64,000 nucleotides of DNA from Nemertoderma westbladi (GCA_032718475.1 JAUCBJ010008568.1:5792-69791); one strand, 5' to 3'; counted from the first letter of the stretch, positions 12,444 through 26,001 are shown. Numbers and translations are program-made. The notes: a model not told the origin generated them from the letters alone.

Positions 12444-14774
12444 GTGTTCCGCGACTTCCAGATGTTCCTCATGCAGAACGTCTCCATCCTGTACGCGGAC
12501 ATTGTCGGCTTCACGAAGATGAGTTCCGGCAAGCGAGCTGACCAGCTTGTCGCACTACTCAATGACCTATTTGGGAGGTTCGATCGACTAGCCGAGCGGC
12601 TCGGCTGTGAGAAGATCTCGACGCTGGGGGACTGCTACTACTGCGTGTCCGGCTGTCCGGAACCGCGAGCCGACCACGCTCGCTGCTGCGTCGAGACGGG
12701 ACTCGCCATGTGCGAGGCCATACAGGAGTTCGATAGGGACGTCGGTGAGGAGGTGAACATGCGGGTCGGGATCCACACGGGGACCGTTCTCTGCGGCATC
12801 CTCGGGACCAAACGTTTCAAGTTCGACGTCTGGAGTCACGACGTCTCCCTCGCTAACACCATGGAGTCCTCTGGGCTGCCCGGTCGGGTTCACATCTCCA
12901 ACAAAACCTTCGATTTTCTCGACGGAGAGTACGAGGTTGAAGACGGCAAGGCGCAGAGTCGGAGCACCTCAATGCTCCTCGCCGGGGTCAAATCATACCT
13001 GATAGTCCGTCGGAAGCAGGACGCCCCGCCATTACCGGCCGCGTTCCGTCCGGTTGCGTCCGTGCGTCGACGCGGCACCCTGACCACCGCCGCCGCCAAG
13101 GAAGTCGAGGAGGTTAAACTACCCGACAGCGGAGGCGATCACGACGTCGAAGCGGACGGGGAGGAGGAGGACGAGAGAGAGGATGTTACCCTAGCTCTAG
13201 GGTTGGTCGCCCAGAACCTCGAGGACGACGCCAACGCCATCATAGAGGCCATGGAAGGCAACCCCACCAACATGGACTACTTCTTCAACCCCCCGGTCAA
13301 CCAACTCACCCTGCGGTTCAAACAGTCTGGTTTGGAGTCACGCTACGCAGAGTTCTTCCAGGAGGGTTCCCAATCGTCCGCCGTTTCCTCCACCCTCCGC
13401 CAACTCGCTTATGTCGACTACTTGATCGCCTTCTCCGTATACTTTGTGCTCGCCGTCTGTTGCTTCATTGTCTTTGAGGCCAAAACGCCCTGGTTGATCT
13501 ACTTCGCCCTTACCATGGTCGTGGAACTCATTGTCTTTATCTACCAGACCTACTGGTTCGTCCGTGGCGGTATTGAGACCAGTCGTTTTCCAGCAACCAA
13601 ACAACTAACCAAGAGTCTACCTCGTCATCTAATCGGCGTGGTTTTACTTCTCCTCCCTGTCGGCGTCGTCTACGCCAATTTCGTCTGCCAATCCATCTTC
13701 CTAGCCGAGCAATTCGTCGTCTACTTCCTCTGTATTACCATCATGCACTTTGTCAACTTTCCCTTGTTGAGCTCCTGGATGAAGAGTTTGTTGGCGTTTG
13801 TCGTCTGTATCTCGATGATCGTCGTCCTACAGTTCCCTTGCTGCACCCTCCCCGAACCCACACCCCGCAGCAATGCCACAGTGGGTTCCCAGGGCAACGA
13901 GACGCTAACCCTCCTCTTCAGCGGCTCCCACGTTGTCAGCTACGAGATCATCCTCGACTTCCTACTCGCCCTCCTCCTCGTCTGGTTCCTCAACCGCGAG
14001 TTCGAGCTCAGCTCTCGCGTCAACTTCCACGGAGAGGCGCTCTCCGTCTCGGACAAAGAGAAGATCGAGTCGATGAGAGACCAGGCCGAATGGCTCCTCC
14101 ACAACATCATACCCAAACACGTCTCTGAGGAACTCAAAGTCAACCTCACCTACTCCCGCAACCACGAAGATATCGGTGTCATCTTCTGGTCCATCACCAA
14201 CTTCTGGGATTTCTACGAGGAGGGCTTCGAAGGCGGCCAAGAATGTCTCAGAGTTCTCAACGAGATTATTGGCGACTTCGACGATCTCTTGGAGAAACCG
14301 AAATACAACACGATCAATAAGATTAAGACGATCGGAGCGACGTACATGGCTGCGGCGGGGTTGAATATCCAGCGAAGGGACGAGCGTAACCCATACGGTC
14401 ATCTCGTTGCGTTAATTGACTTCGCTATCGATATGCAGCGAGTTATACAGGAGTTCAACTCCAACATGCTGAGTTTCGCGTTCAGCATGCGCTGCGGTTT
14501 CAACCACGGGCCTGTAACCTCCGGGGTTATTGGTACCACGAAGCTGTACTACGACATCTGGGGTGACACAGTCAACGTGGCGTCTCGTATGGACTCGACC
14601 GGGGAGACAGACAGGATACAGGTCGCTGTCAACAGCATGCAGGTACTCAATCGCATGTTCGAGTTCACCCACAGGGGTTCCGTACTAGTAAAGGGCAAAG
14701 GGGAGTTAGACACCTACCTCGTAGTCAAAAAGAGGGACACCCCTCTGTTAGAAGTTGAAGAATCTGAGACTTAA
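12444..14774 (+). CDS. ADCY9: Adenylate cyclase type 9 orthologue, coding exon 2 (C1a, C1b, second TM cassette, C2a); spliced product about 1115 aa
   Basis: Acceptor tttag|GTG at 12443/12444 in frame with exon 1; VSILYADIVGFTKMS, EKISTLGDCYYCVSGCPEPRADHA, KIKTIGATYMAA and YDIWGDTVNVASRM; the EKISTLGD and KTIGAT variants are diagnostic of AC9. Confidence 0.95.
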   Translation: MFRDFQMFLMQNVSILYADIVGFTKMSSGKRADQLVALLNDLFGRFDRLAERLGCEKISTLGDCYYCVSGCPEPRADHARCCVETGLAMCEAIQEFDRDVGEEVNMRVGIHTGTVLCGILGTKRFKFDVWSHDVSLANTMESSGLPGRVHISNKTFDFLDGEYEVEDGKAQSRSTSMLLAGVKSYLIVRRKQDAPPLPAAFRPVASVRRRGTLTTAAAKEVEEVKLPDSGGDHDVEADGEEEDEREDVTLALGLVAQNLEDDANAIIEAMEGNPTNMDYFFNPPVNQLTLRFKQSGLESRYAEFFQEGSQSSAVSSTLRQLAYVDYLIAFSVYFVLAVCCFIVFEAKTPWLIYFALTMVVELIVFIYQTYWFVRGGIETSRFPATKQLTKSLPRHLIGVVLLLLPVGVVYANFVCQSIFLAEQFVVYFLCITIMHFVNFPLLSSWMKSLLAFVVCISMIVVLQFPCCTLPEPTPRSNATVGSQGNETLTLLFSGSHVVSYEIILDFLLALLLVWFLNREFELSSRVNFHGEALSVSDKEKIESMRDQAEWLLHNIIPKHVSEELKVNLTYSRNHEDIGVIFWSITNFWDFYEEGFEGGQECLRVLNEIIGDFDDLLEKPKYNTINKIKTIGATYMAAAGLNIQRRDERNPYGHLVALIDFAIDMQRVIQEFNSNMLSFAFSMRCGFNHGPVTSGVIGTTKLYYDIWGDTVNVASRMDSTGETDRIQVAVNSMQVLNRMFEFTHRGSVLVKGKGELDTYLVVKKRDTPLLEVEESET

Positions 14775-15787
14775 TCTTAGCGAATCTCCTATCTTAGGTT
14801 CAATAGCAACGTAATATTGTAAGGAGTTTGGTTTTGCGCTTAGTAAGTTGGCCTTGCTTTGCTAGAAAATAGTGTTATTATTATATGATGCACTGATAGA
14901 TTAGTCTATTTTCATTGTGCATATATTTATTTTGCAATGTCCCGAGTCCCCAGGTAACCGAGAGGGATGGCTGGTCTTTTCTATTTTAAGTTGGTCTAAT
15001 ACTAATACTTATACATAGTATCGTGAGAAGTTACTTTCCGATGGCCTTATTGTTCTAATACCATTCGTAGTCCCACTTATTTGATTCCGACACAATTCTA
15101 AACAGCACTGATGATTAAGAATAGTGCAGGTGCACCTTCACATTATCGGTGGATATTTATTGGTTTACTAAGATTTTATCCATTTTATTGTTATAATTCA
15201 CAATTAATCAATTATTTTTCTTATTCTCATCATCTCATCCAATAAATTATATTTATTAAAGTATTATCATTCTCACTATCTATAGGAAATAAATTTTCAA
15301 TAACCACGTGAGGTACAATTATTTGTTTTGAGTTTGGATCGGGGGATGGGAAGTGTGAAGGAGCTCGAGAGATAGCGCTTAGAATTTATTTTAGATGTTA
15401 CAACGGTAGATAGTTTATTTAATGGAAACCATGGGTGGTGCTCGGTAGATAGTGAGGGAAGTTAATTAGAGAAGCATTACTACTGTGACCATTGGTGACG
15501 TCATTCCATCATCAGTTTCATTTTAATGCAGCGTTTTTCCATTAATGCTTATTTTAATTATTTTTTTGATGAGTTTTCTGCCGCCGTTATTGGGGGGGCC
15601 TTGTAGTTGAAGGGTTTCCTATATATCGTTATACTGCTCTCTACTTATATTGTGTGAGATCTCACTATGAATCTGGTTATGGTTTATTTGATATTTTGTA
15701 AAGTAAGATGCCAAAGTATCAATTGTACAGGAATTATTTCACTACAACCTAGCAGCATTCTAATTATAGTTAATACTTATATAAATA

Positions 15788-16088
15788 CACCATAACCCCT
15801 AATACAACAACCATTTTTAAAATGAAATCTAGATTTCATTCCAAAGACGAAAAATAAAGCTGACGGAGGTGGCTAAAGATTGCTAAATAGACGATTTTTA
15901 ACGGCTTGTTGTATCGAAATAGCTCATAAATTAAAAAATCAGGCCAGGCCAGCAGTAAGAAAAGGTATCGATCTATCATCATACCAAATTTCGTAGCATT
16001 TTATTGAAATTTGAAAAAAATTAGGGGGGGGGGGGGGGGGGGGCGCTCCGACCCCCTAAAAATGGTTGTTGTATTAAGGGAGATGGTA
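15788..16088. mobile_element. Tc1/mariner-type MITE
   Basis: TA-flanked TIRs caccataacccctaatacaacaaccattttta / taaaaatggttgttgtattaagggagatggt. Confidence 0.7.
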
Positions 16089-16694
16089 TATATAAATAAA
16101 CTAAATTTGGTTCCCTGAAAATGTTTGTTTTACGTAACGTAAAGTTCCGTTTAGTTTGTAATAATAAGAAATATAATTATGAACAACGTTATTGACAACT
16201 ACAATAGAACATTGTAACTTTTTATTTATTATTATAAATCGTACTTAATTTTAATTGTATCGCTCGCCTCGCTATTTCTCTACACATCGCCCTTATTAAT
16301 CGCCTATAATTCCCCCACTTTGGTGTATCGCAATCTATTATCTATCAACTAAATGTCCCCGTAAATATCCAGTAATATTCAATTAATTACTATTACTATT
16401 ATATACCGGTACTGTGTTTAGTTGTCTATTAGTGTACGAACTTACTTCTTTAATTAATTTAAAAACTTGCGTTTATGTGTGCTCCTTGTATTGCTATCAA
16501 TGTGGTTTCTTAAACAAGCAAATTAATTTTTTTGTATTTTAAATTAGTTAATTTGGCGGTTTATTTTCGAAAGAGCAAATAGGCCTCGCGAAAACGGTTA
16601 TATGTTAAAAATTAAAATATTGCTTTTATTCTATTCTTTTTTATTCTGAATCTCCCAAATACTTCTAAAACTCCCCAAATATGCGTCGTATTAA

Positions 16695-17266
16695 GAGTCG
16701 AGCGGAATTACATTTTTACCGGAACCAGAACCGGAATGATACAAATTTTACCGGAATGTGATTTTTTTGAATTTTTGTACAAGAACTTGGCACATTTAAA
16801 AGAAAAATACAACACATATGATCAGAGGGCTACTGTGTGTACTAATGCCGTATGTTGCTATGCTATGCGATGCCTAGTTTCCCTATATTTCGTATAGAGA
16901 TTTATTGTGTGTACTGGAAACGCGCAGACACGTTTAACCCTTATTGAAGATCGTCAGTTAGGTGTACAGGTTTCCAACAAATGTATATATGATCCTGTCA
17001 TTAACCCATTTCGAATTTTATAATCAAAGGCCACTCCAAGTCCAAATTATAATTTGTAAAAATGTGTCTTACTAACTGACTGATCATATGAAATCGGACA
17101 ATTGTTCATAGTAAATAAATTTAGAGTAATTGTCAGTTAATACTTCTGAAAAAGGAGATGGTTGTGAAAAAATGCGATTCATCTCATTTGTTACATAAAT
17201 GTATAATTCCGTTTCCTATAACCGGAACTGTATATTCCAGCCAGAACCGGAATTCCACTCGACCCC
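16695..17266. mobile_element. MITE with ccggaa subterminal repeats
   Basis: Imperfect TIRs gagtcgagcggaatt / aattccactcgaccc; accggaa repeats near both ends. Confidence 0.55.
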
Positions 17267-20049
17267 CACGTCGTATCTCGAAATAGTCGCATAAAAACAA
17301 ACTGTTTGGTCGTAAAAGCCAAATATATCATAAAAGCCCTAAAATGCTATATTCTATAAACATGATGCTTTTTTTGAACTATTCAAAGCAAATGAAACCG
17401 CTAAAATGTTTTTAATCTTAGCAAAGCAGCACTCAATGTTCATTGAAAAGGAATTCGAATAATCTAAAATATATTTCTATTGAACTAGGCCTATAATGTT
17501 TTGTATTTTTTTTTCAAAATAAACCATTGAAAATGAAATGTATTTTTTGTCCGGCGTTATTTCCTCGTTATATTTCATCAAAATAGAAAAAGCATTTTTC
17601 CTCGGCCTTCGGACTCGGAAAAAAGTATGCTTTATCTATTCCTAGAAATTGCGGATTATAATGTCGGACAATAACTATTTACATACTTGTGTGTAAAAAG
17701 TACTTTGCAACAAGTATGTATGTATGTAGTTTTATTCCAAAATTTTAACATTACGAAATGATTGTACATATACATTATAAGTGATAGTAAACTGCACAAA
17801 TTAAAATAGTTGCCGTATAAATAAATGTAAAAATGACATAAATTATGTTATAAATAAGTTCGCTTATATTTATCGCCGGCGTTTGGAGCCATGTTATAAT
17901 AATATAGTTAGGCCAAACTGGTTATTAATAGCTATACCCCGCGCCTACCGGTAGGTAATGCAGTAGGCCTATCTGGCTGTCAGGCAAATTTCCATCTATT
18001 GTTTACGTGATATCCAATGAGGCGTTAAGTAATGTCCCCTTAGTGGACATTACGTAACGCCGTCATGGGTTACAACGTAAACAATAACACCCACTACAAT
18101 ACTAAATGTACAGGCCAATACAATGCTGTAATGTACTCTAAAGTTGTAAAGTGCTAAATAACAACTCGCTGTTAATACTAACGGCGTTGAGTAATGTTAC
18201 AATTTTGGAATAATAAAATGTTACTTTCTTTTTGTCAAAAAAAAAATATTAATTATAATTTAGATAACTGCAATATTTGTATTATAAATTATTAGCCAAT
18301 CAACTGCGCTTGACTCGTGACGTGACTGAAACTACCCGATTATTCGATGTTGCTAATTTTTCGTTTTAAAATCGCTATAACTTGGCCAATATTATTTTAA
18401 AAAGAAAAATTGTTGCCCTCTGGGGTTTTTTTCGCATGGAATCAACGAAACTGGAAAAAAATTTCGAGTCGTTAATCCCATCTGAGGATTTGCGGGTAAT
18501 GAATGTATGATAAATCAAAATAATAGATAAGAATGTTTCAATTTCGTAATATTACCAAAGTTTGGGATCCATAACATATAATCCGACTATCTAAAAATAT
18601 GTTGTTTTAAGTCATCCAGCGGTTGTTATTTCGCAGGCATTGTGATAATAAGCATTATTAATTAATAATTGTTAAACAATTATTACGATCGACTCAGGTG
18701 ACGTTCTTGTTTGTGCATTTTTTATTTTTTTTTTTTTTTCAATTTAGCAATAAAATTACAAACATCAAACATAAAAGAATTTGGTTGATAAACATTTAGC
18801 GAATAAAGAGTTGGTCACTATTGTAGACCGGAAATATATGGTCTGGACTAGGGATGCGACGGAGTTCCGGAATCCGGAGCTATGGACCAATTTTCTAGCT
18901 CCGGCTCTGGTTCCGGCTCCGGGTAAATTAATCCGGAGCCAATCCGGAGGTTATGTTGTTGAAATTCGAATTAAAATAATAGGTTTTATTCTTAAGTTTT
19001 AAATTTTTACTTTTTTCACTCGAATATACCTCAAAATCGTGAGAAATATGAGTACTTTTTTCCGTAGGGAAAAAGTAATCAATAGGATTGTATTCATTTT
19101 ACTTTTTTTCCCGGCGAAAAAAGTCAAATAAAATATTTTTTTGGTGGAACTTCTTAAGTTTTATTACATGTGTTGAAAGATCATATATTGTAAGTAGAAA
19201 AGGTTTGCAAGTAATTTTAGCAAAATCCATTCAAGCGGCTCTCTAGTTACGTGATTACGTTACTTTATTACACTTTATTACTTCATTACGTTATTCGAGA
19301 ACACTATATTATATTAACAATGAACAAGGCAGCATCAGGAGTTTAAGAGTACAATAATTAGAATCGCATTAACTATGGAAGCAATATAGTAAAATACTGC
19401 GGTTCAATTTATTTTGTAACACTATATCGTTCTTTCTTTTATTAAAGAATTGAGCAACAAAAAAGTACCAATTTAAGAATTAAATTACGCATTACATGGG
19501 AAAAAACTTAGAAAATTTTTTTTCAATATTCTATCGACCCATTATTAACCTCGCTGGCGCTCAGTAAATAAAATGCCTCGAGAACAGTGAAAAAAAGTTC
19601 TACTTTTTCCCATACTGTTTTGATGTAAATATCATAATAGTTAAAATAAGTTGTTAACATAATCAAGTGTGGGTGGATGCTGATTGGTTACAGCTTGTTG
19701 TCCTTAAGTTTCCTGATACCCCCCCCCCCCCCCCACCCCCTTTGTTAAATTGTTTAAATGTTTGAACAACTACATTGTTAAAATTATTCAGTTAGTTTGT
19801 CGCATTTGTGTAAAATAATAAGTTTAAGTACTTATAATTCTAGAACTATTTTATTTACATCATACTATTTATAATAGCCATTGGGTGCTGCATCATTGTA
19901 CAGCAGCCATTAAATTTATCCATTAGAACCACCAAATATTTCGATAAGTGCGGCAACGCAGTTGATAAATATATGGAGGGGGGGGGGGGGGATCAAATGA
20001 GAAGTCTAAATCATTGTATATTTTAGCCCAATGAACACCAGATATGGGG

Positions 20050-20195
20050 TTTTTGACGCAATAAAAATTCATCCCTCTCCAGGGGAAAATCGACGCAAAT
20101 AACAGCTGATTAACTACCAAAAATAAAACTGTAACCTGTTCTATTGTGTTTAGTTTATTTATTGTTTTGGTTAGAATAACATGCCACTGTAATCG
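20050..20195 (+). repeat. Dispersed repeat; copies at about 61910-62045 (+) and 33325-33465 (-)
   Basis: gacgcaataaaaattcatccctctccaggggaaaatcgacgcaaat...ctgttctattgtgtttagttta is shared. Confidence 0.75.
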
Positions 20196-20666
20196 GCTCA
20201 TTTCCCTTAATTAATAATTTAACATTGTGGGGAGATATTAATTCGCCGAGAAGGAATTTGCGTCAAATCCCCCCCCCCCCCCCTCCCTGTCTCATGAACC
20301 TACTATAATATATCTGTCTAGGCCTATGGAATTATCAATCCTCAAATTCGAATCCCGCCACTGGCGAATTCAACATTATATTATATTTGTTGATAAAGTG
20401 TTCGTCCGAAATCGGTGATAAATTATTTTGTATATCCCGGGAAAAACGTTTGTAACTAATTACAACAACTAACAGTGTATTGTAGATTTTCGTTTTTCAC
20501 GCCGGTTTCTTTTCTAACTGTTGTATTTGTAACGCCTTTTTTTTCTTTTTTTTTCCACCCGTGTAGTAATAATAGCAATCAGTACGGTGCACTTTGTGTT
20601 TTTTTTGAATTAGTTAATTAATTATTATAATGTTAAATTTTGCGTAGCGTAATTAATTCATTACTC

Positions 20667-20741
20667 TTTTTAAAAAGTAGCGATTTCTTTAGAATCCAAA
20701 GACCGACTTTGGATTCTAAAGAAATCGCTACTTTTTAAAAA
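20667..20741. repeat. Perfect inverted repeat, 35-bp arms with a 5-nt loop
   Basis: tttttaaaaagtagcgatttctttagaatccaaag-accga-ctttggattctaaagaaatcgctactttttaaaaa. Confidence 0.9.
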
Positions 20742-21433
20742 TACAATATTTATTCATACATATTGCTGTTTTAAAATTTCCTTCAAAACTCGTAAATCAT
20801 AAATTTATAATGAAAAAATATGAATTTCATTTATAAAAACCTTCATAACTCAAACACTTTAGCTCATAATTGATATTACTGCGTCGTAATATAAAAATAT
20901 TTGCACTGCCAAGTGATGGGAATGGCAGTTACATTATTGTTTTTCTATTTCGTGGCTGTAACGATTCATACAATTAAAAATGAGAAATGCTACTCAATTC
21001 TAATAATCGAGATTTTTTAATACATTGTCGTTTGTTAAAAAAGGATACCCGGTACTTTAAGCAAATTACTTTACAGTGTGATGACTACTCGTGATTTGTT
21101 TGCCTCACTTCGTTCGTTCGTGTAACAACCCACTCGGTTCACCACACTGTAAAGTGCTCCTTTACATAAAATTGTGTAAATAGTTTCTGTATGTGTTCAT
21201 TATATTATAGCATAAAACCGCTCGGAGCTGTAAAATTAATAACAAGGTGATAATTGATTATTGTTGTTTATATTTTAACAATTATTATTTGCTTAGTGTT
21301 GGCTGTTCTTTGCATTGTGTACCAATGCCCACCCACGCAGTTGTGCATTAAGTATGAGTACCTTTTGTATTTCAAAGCGCACAGTTTCTGCTGCCATAAC
21401 TATAGTTTAACAGATAAATAGAATAGCAACTAA

Positions 21434-21653
21434 AGGCCATGATACACTATAGGAGCGGCGAGCGGCAGCGGCCGCGGCGAGCGGCCGATGTGAGCGGCGG
21501 CTTTTAGTATGATACACCACAGGAGCGGCGAGCGGCAGCAGCCATTTGTGGTGGGTGTATCATCACCCATAGAAAATAATGTGTTCTATTTTTAAAAAGT
21601 GGCCGGTTGCCGCGGCCGCTGCCGCTCGTCGCTCCTGTGGTGTATCATGGCCT
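21434..21653. mobile_element. PIF/Harbinger-type MITE
   Basis: TAA target duplication; long TIRs aggccatgatacac...gcggccgcggc / gccgcggccgc...gtgtatcatggcct. Confidence 0.85.
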
Positions 21654-22829
21654 TAAGATATAATTTAAATCATTCGCATTATTTAGCGTTGTGTTGTGTT
21701 TTTTGTAATGCTTTTAATGCTATTATGTGATGCCTTTATTACAAACGTAGTTCATTATAGAAAATAATTATTATTCTGTTAACAATATTAACATTTAGCT
21801 TTAAACGACTGCAGAGGTAACAGAGGTAACTAATATACTGGTGCACTCTGATACGTCTTTCCAATGTTTTCGTGCATAACCTAACCAACAACCAGGTGAA
21901 CCACTCTGCATTAGTTGATAAAGGTCGTTAAACTCGCTATTAGGTTAAATTTATCATTGTTTAACGTAAACTATTTCATTGTCAATCATGTATTTATATA
22001 GTTATTAATATTGTGTCACATGTGTATTATTATTATCTTTAATAAAATGCCAAAGACATGAATGAATTCCATTTTCTATTCGAAATACCAATATTATAAA
22101 TTATTGGTTCAATGCTTTTTGACATACGGATCCCCTATTACAGTTTTTGGTTTGCGTATTTGTGTATCTTCTCTATGTCCAATCTCTATGTCTCTATGTC
22201 TCTAATCAATTGACCTGTTTTTTTTGCTGATGCATTTCATAAGAAACCTGGCCAGCGCTGTAGTAAAACAATGCTGGTCCGTCCGGTGGTCAAAAGTACC
22301 AAATCGGTTATTTGGGAAGATAGGAACTGCTTAAGGAAAAATCAATTATTCTGATTTACAACTGGTCTGATATGACGAACTGGTCAGTGAACAAGTGGAT
22401 CACATTGATAGGTATATACAAATACTGCTGTATATATACACATGTAGGTATACCTGTATAGTATATCTACCGCGTGTTCCATAATGACCCCCCCCCCCCC
22501 TGGCCAGCCAAAACTGCCAGACATGTACTTTAGTGTAATATATCATTCGAAAGATAATTTCATTCTGAGCTTGCATGCAAAAGTTTAGGGTCCAATACAA
22601 AAGTATAAAAATTTTATAGGCAATTCTTTAAACTTATCTTACTTTCCAATATTTGTGATTTAATCACAATTTAAAAAAATATATAATTTATCCAGCGTTA
22701 GTCATCAGATTAGCAGCCCTGTTTAAACAGTTATTACTGCCTGACTTTTGCTGTATTGCAATATATTGCAGTATTCTGTTACCAGTATTAGTGTTTCTTT
22801 GGTAATATGCTGCATTGCAGCTGCATTTT

Positions 22830-24140
22830 TAAGAATGCTGTGCCGGCTTGTCAACAAAATTGCACCGCCACAACTCCCTATCACCAATGACATTTGCTAG
22901 ATCATCCACATCTTCAAGGCCAGTGTCCTTTAAGATGCGTCTCAAGAAAGTCATGGGCTGTCCACCATGCTTATTCACTCCATGAGGCTGCAAAAGTACA
23001 AGATTATATGCACTGGCTGGTCCTCACGGCGAAAGCAATGTCCTGCAAAGCGGAGGCGATTTTGTTCTAGTGTCAAGCTTGGGGGAACCAATGAGACCCC
23101 TCCAATGTTATGTAGTGTCTGGTTGGAGATGTGTGCATTGTACTTGACACAATGAACCCGGCGTAGCATTCTTGTGAATGTGCCATCCAGAGATTTGGTG
23201 TCCTCAGCAGTTAGAGCCCAGCATGGACTCCTGTAGAGGAGTACTGGAACTACTGCTGCTCTAAATAATCGGATCTTAAGTTTCCGATTAATTCTCGGTG
23301 ACTTCCAAATCCTGGAAAGCCTATTCAAGGCTGCCCATGCCTTTCCCTTACGTATTCGAAGGTCCTCACCTGACTTCCGGATCCATGATCCCAGGTAACG
23401 GAAGTCGTCCACATGCTCAAGCATACCATCCTTTGAGCTTATGCTCATCCGATCAGAGACTTGCTGAGGACTTTCAAAGTTAACTGTCAAAATTTTGGTC
23501 TTTCTGGAGTTAATAAAAAGACCAACACTAGAAGCAGCATGTTCTAATGAGCTGAGGACCCGTTGGGCTCCCTCTAATGATTCTGAGAGTACTCCTAAGT
23601 CATCAGCAAAGTCTAGATCAGTTAGGTACTTGGCAGGATTTCCTCGACTTCTGGAGCCAGTAGGTGGAGTTATCATCACCCCATCATCATTATGATGATC
23701 TAAGGACATGCGTAGAACATAGTCAACCACAATAATGAACAAGAATGGTGCAAGTGTGTCTCCTTGGAGGACGCCCCATAACACTTCAAATGGTTCTGTG
23801 TCACCGTCAACAGTAGACACAAATGTTGTCGAACCATCGTATACTGATCTTATTGCTGCAATAATTTCATCAGGAATCCCATATAATGAAAGTATGCTGA
23901 ACATACGTGAGCGAGAGACTGAATCAAAGGCCTTGAATAAGTCAACAAAGATAACAGCCAGATGCCTGTCTTTCTTTTTTGATAACTCTTCAATTATCCT
24001 TCTAAGTGCCAAAATGGGCTCCATGGTCCCACGACCTTTACGGAACCCATTCTGATTTCCACGGAGCAGTCTCTCAATGGGATCCCTGATGCGATTTAAT
24101 AGAATCCTATTGTATAGCTTTGCAGCAATTGAGATCATTG
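22830..24140 (-). mobile_element. 5'-truncated RTE-clade LINE (RT domain and C-terminus)
   Basis: QNGFRKGRGT, FVDLFKAFDSV, GVLQGDTLAPFLF, DLDFADD, FRYLGS, RLRFAGHCFR; frameshift near 22990; nearly identical to the copy at 63640-63994. Confidence 0.92.
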
Positions 24141-24885
24141 AGATAAATCTCTCTCTCTAAATCTTTCCAAAACTGAATATACAATACTATCTTTACTAAC
24201 TACCGGCATAATTTAGATAATTTTCCTCCAATAAAAATAAATTCCAATAATGTAAAAAAATCCCAATGTACATAATTCTTAGGCATATCTATGTAGACAA
24301 TAAACTCTCATGGAAACCTCACATAAAATATATTACTAAGAAAATTTCTAGAACTTCAGGCATTTTTATAGGTTGCGCCATATTTATCCTCTGAATAGTC
24401 TACATCAGCTGTACTTTACTTTGATACACCCCTAGCTATCCTATGGACTAATTCTGTGTGGGAGTACTTACTCTACTATAATAAAACCGCTTCGTACTAA
24501 AGTAAATAAATTAATCAGATGCATAACATTTTCTCAATATCAAGCCTCTTCAAATCCCATTTACAAAACACCTCACATTATACTTCTTAATCTACTATAT
24601 AAACATCAACTAGCGCTCTTCATGTATGACATAAATAACTCTCTATCCGGAACTATTGATATAGGAAATTTTTTTAGAAAAACTGAATCAATACACAGGT
24701 ACCCTACACGCTCTTCCTCTCGCTGTGATTATTACACACAAACTGCCCAACTCACGTCTACCCAACAATCCGTAAGCTCCCAAGGCCCCCTGATCTGGAA
24801 TGTCATCCCACCCTATATCCGGGAAAATAAATCCAAAGTTTCATTTTCCCGAACTTACAAAAAAATACTGTTCTCTCAAATATAA
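24141..24885 (+). mobile_element. Degraded CR1-group LINE ORF2 3' fragment
   Basis: FLGI..DNKLSWKPHIKYITKKISRTSG and HRYPTR...QGPLIWNVIPPYIRE...FSRTYKK. Confidence 0.75.
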
Positions 24886-26001
24886 TACTGTAGGTCTCCA
24901 CTAATTCCATATACTCAAAAAATCCTTTACTATATCCTTCCCTCACTCTATATTATTGTATTCAAATTTAAAAAATAAATCCAAAATATTTTACTTCATG
25001 TCTGTTTCGCAAAATTCTAACAGACTAGACGAAATCCACAGGAAAAATTTTAAATTCTAAAATGCTGTTATCTAAGTAAACATTAGTAAATTTTACAACT
25101 CTGAAGTATTGTCTTTTTATTTTTCAACAATTATAGAAACCAAACGAGAAAAGATGTGTTCTATCACATATCTGACAAGTTTCATCTTGAACGGATCTTA
25201 AATAACAGAATGGAGCAAGGATTTCACTTTCAGACATTTCGCTCTCTAGCGGCAGACTAGATAACTGTGAATGAAACAGTTGATGGCCTCGCACACATCT
25301 GCCAAGTTTCAGCTTGAACGAATTAAAAGCAAAGAAATTGGAGGAAATTTAATGTTTAGACATGTAGCCCTCTAGTGGGAGATTGTTGAACTGATGATGT
25401 CTGAAGTCTTTAAAAATTCTCAGCTTTTGGTCTTATTGATTTCTACATATTTTCAACTCAACAGCTTTTAATCCGACAAAGTTATTAGCATGTCAAAATC
25501 GTAAAGACGACCGCGACAATTTGTCATTATTGACCCACCGCCCCTAAAAGAGTGTACCGCGCGCACACACATAAAATACATAAATGGGAAGTTACGTTCT
25601 CATCACCCCTTAGTAACGAAGCTAAAAATAGCTCAATACTGTAGGTGACAGATAGTAGACGTTGGCTTACCACCTACTGTACTGACCTACTGCTGTACTG
25701 CAGTACGGTACTGAATACAGTCAGGCAACTAACAGCGCAGGCCCAGACCGTCCTGGAATTGTTAATACTGGCCAGCCTTGCTGTCGGTGTCGGTGCGCAA
25801 CGACAACTCGAACTCCCATATCTGTTCAATCTGTACCGGCACGGTACGGAACGTAGCTTACCTCTGTACCTTGCACAGCGACAGCTCATTGCTACCGTAC
25901 CGGTAGGCCTACTGTTTGACCTTGACGGAGGACGGTAGAGGCTGAGAAGTGAGAGGCCAACCTCTTCAACCAGTCAACCTGCCAACTACAAAAATCAGAA
26001 A

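Noticed and set aside
12588-14672. Short overlapping or antisense ORFs within ADCY9, and likewise within the LINEs and RPL12
   Set aside because: Shadow ORFs caused by the codon bias of the real frame; no recognisable motifs
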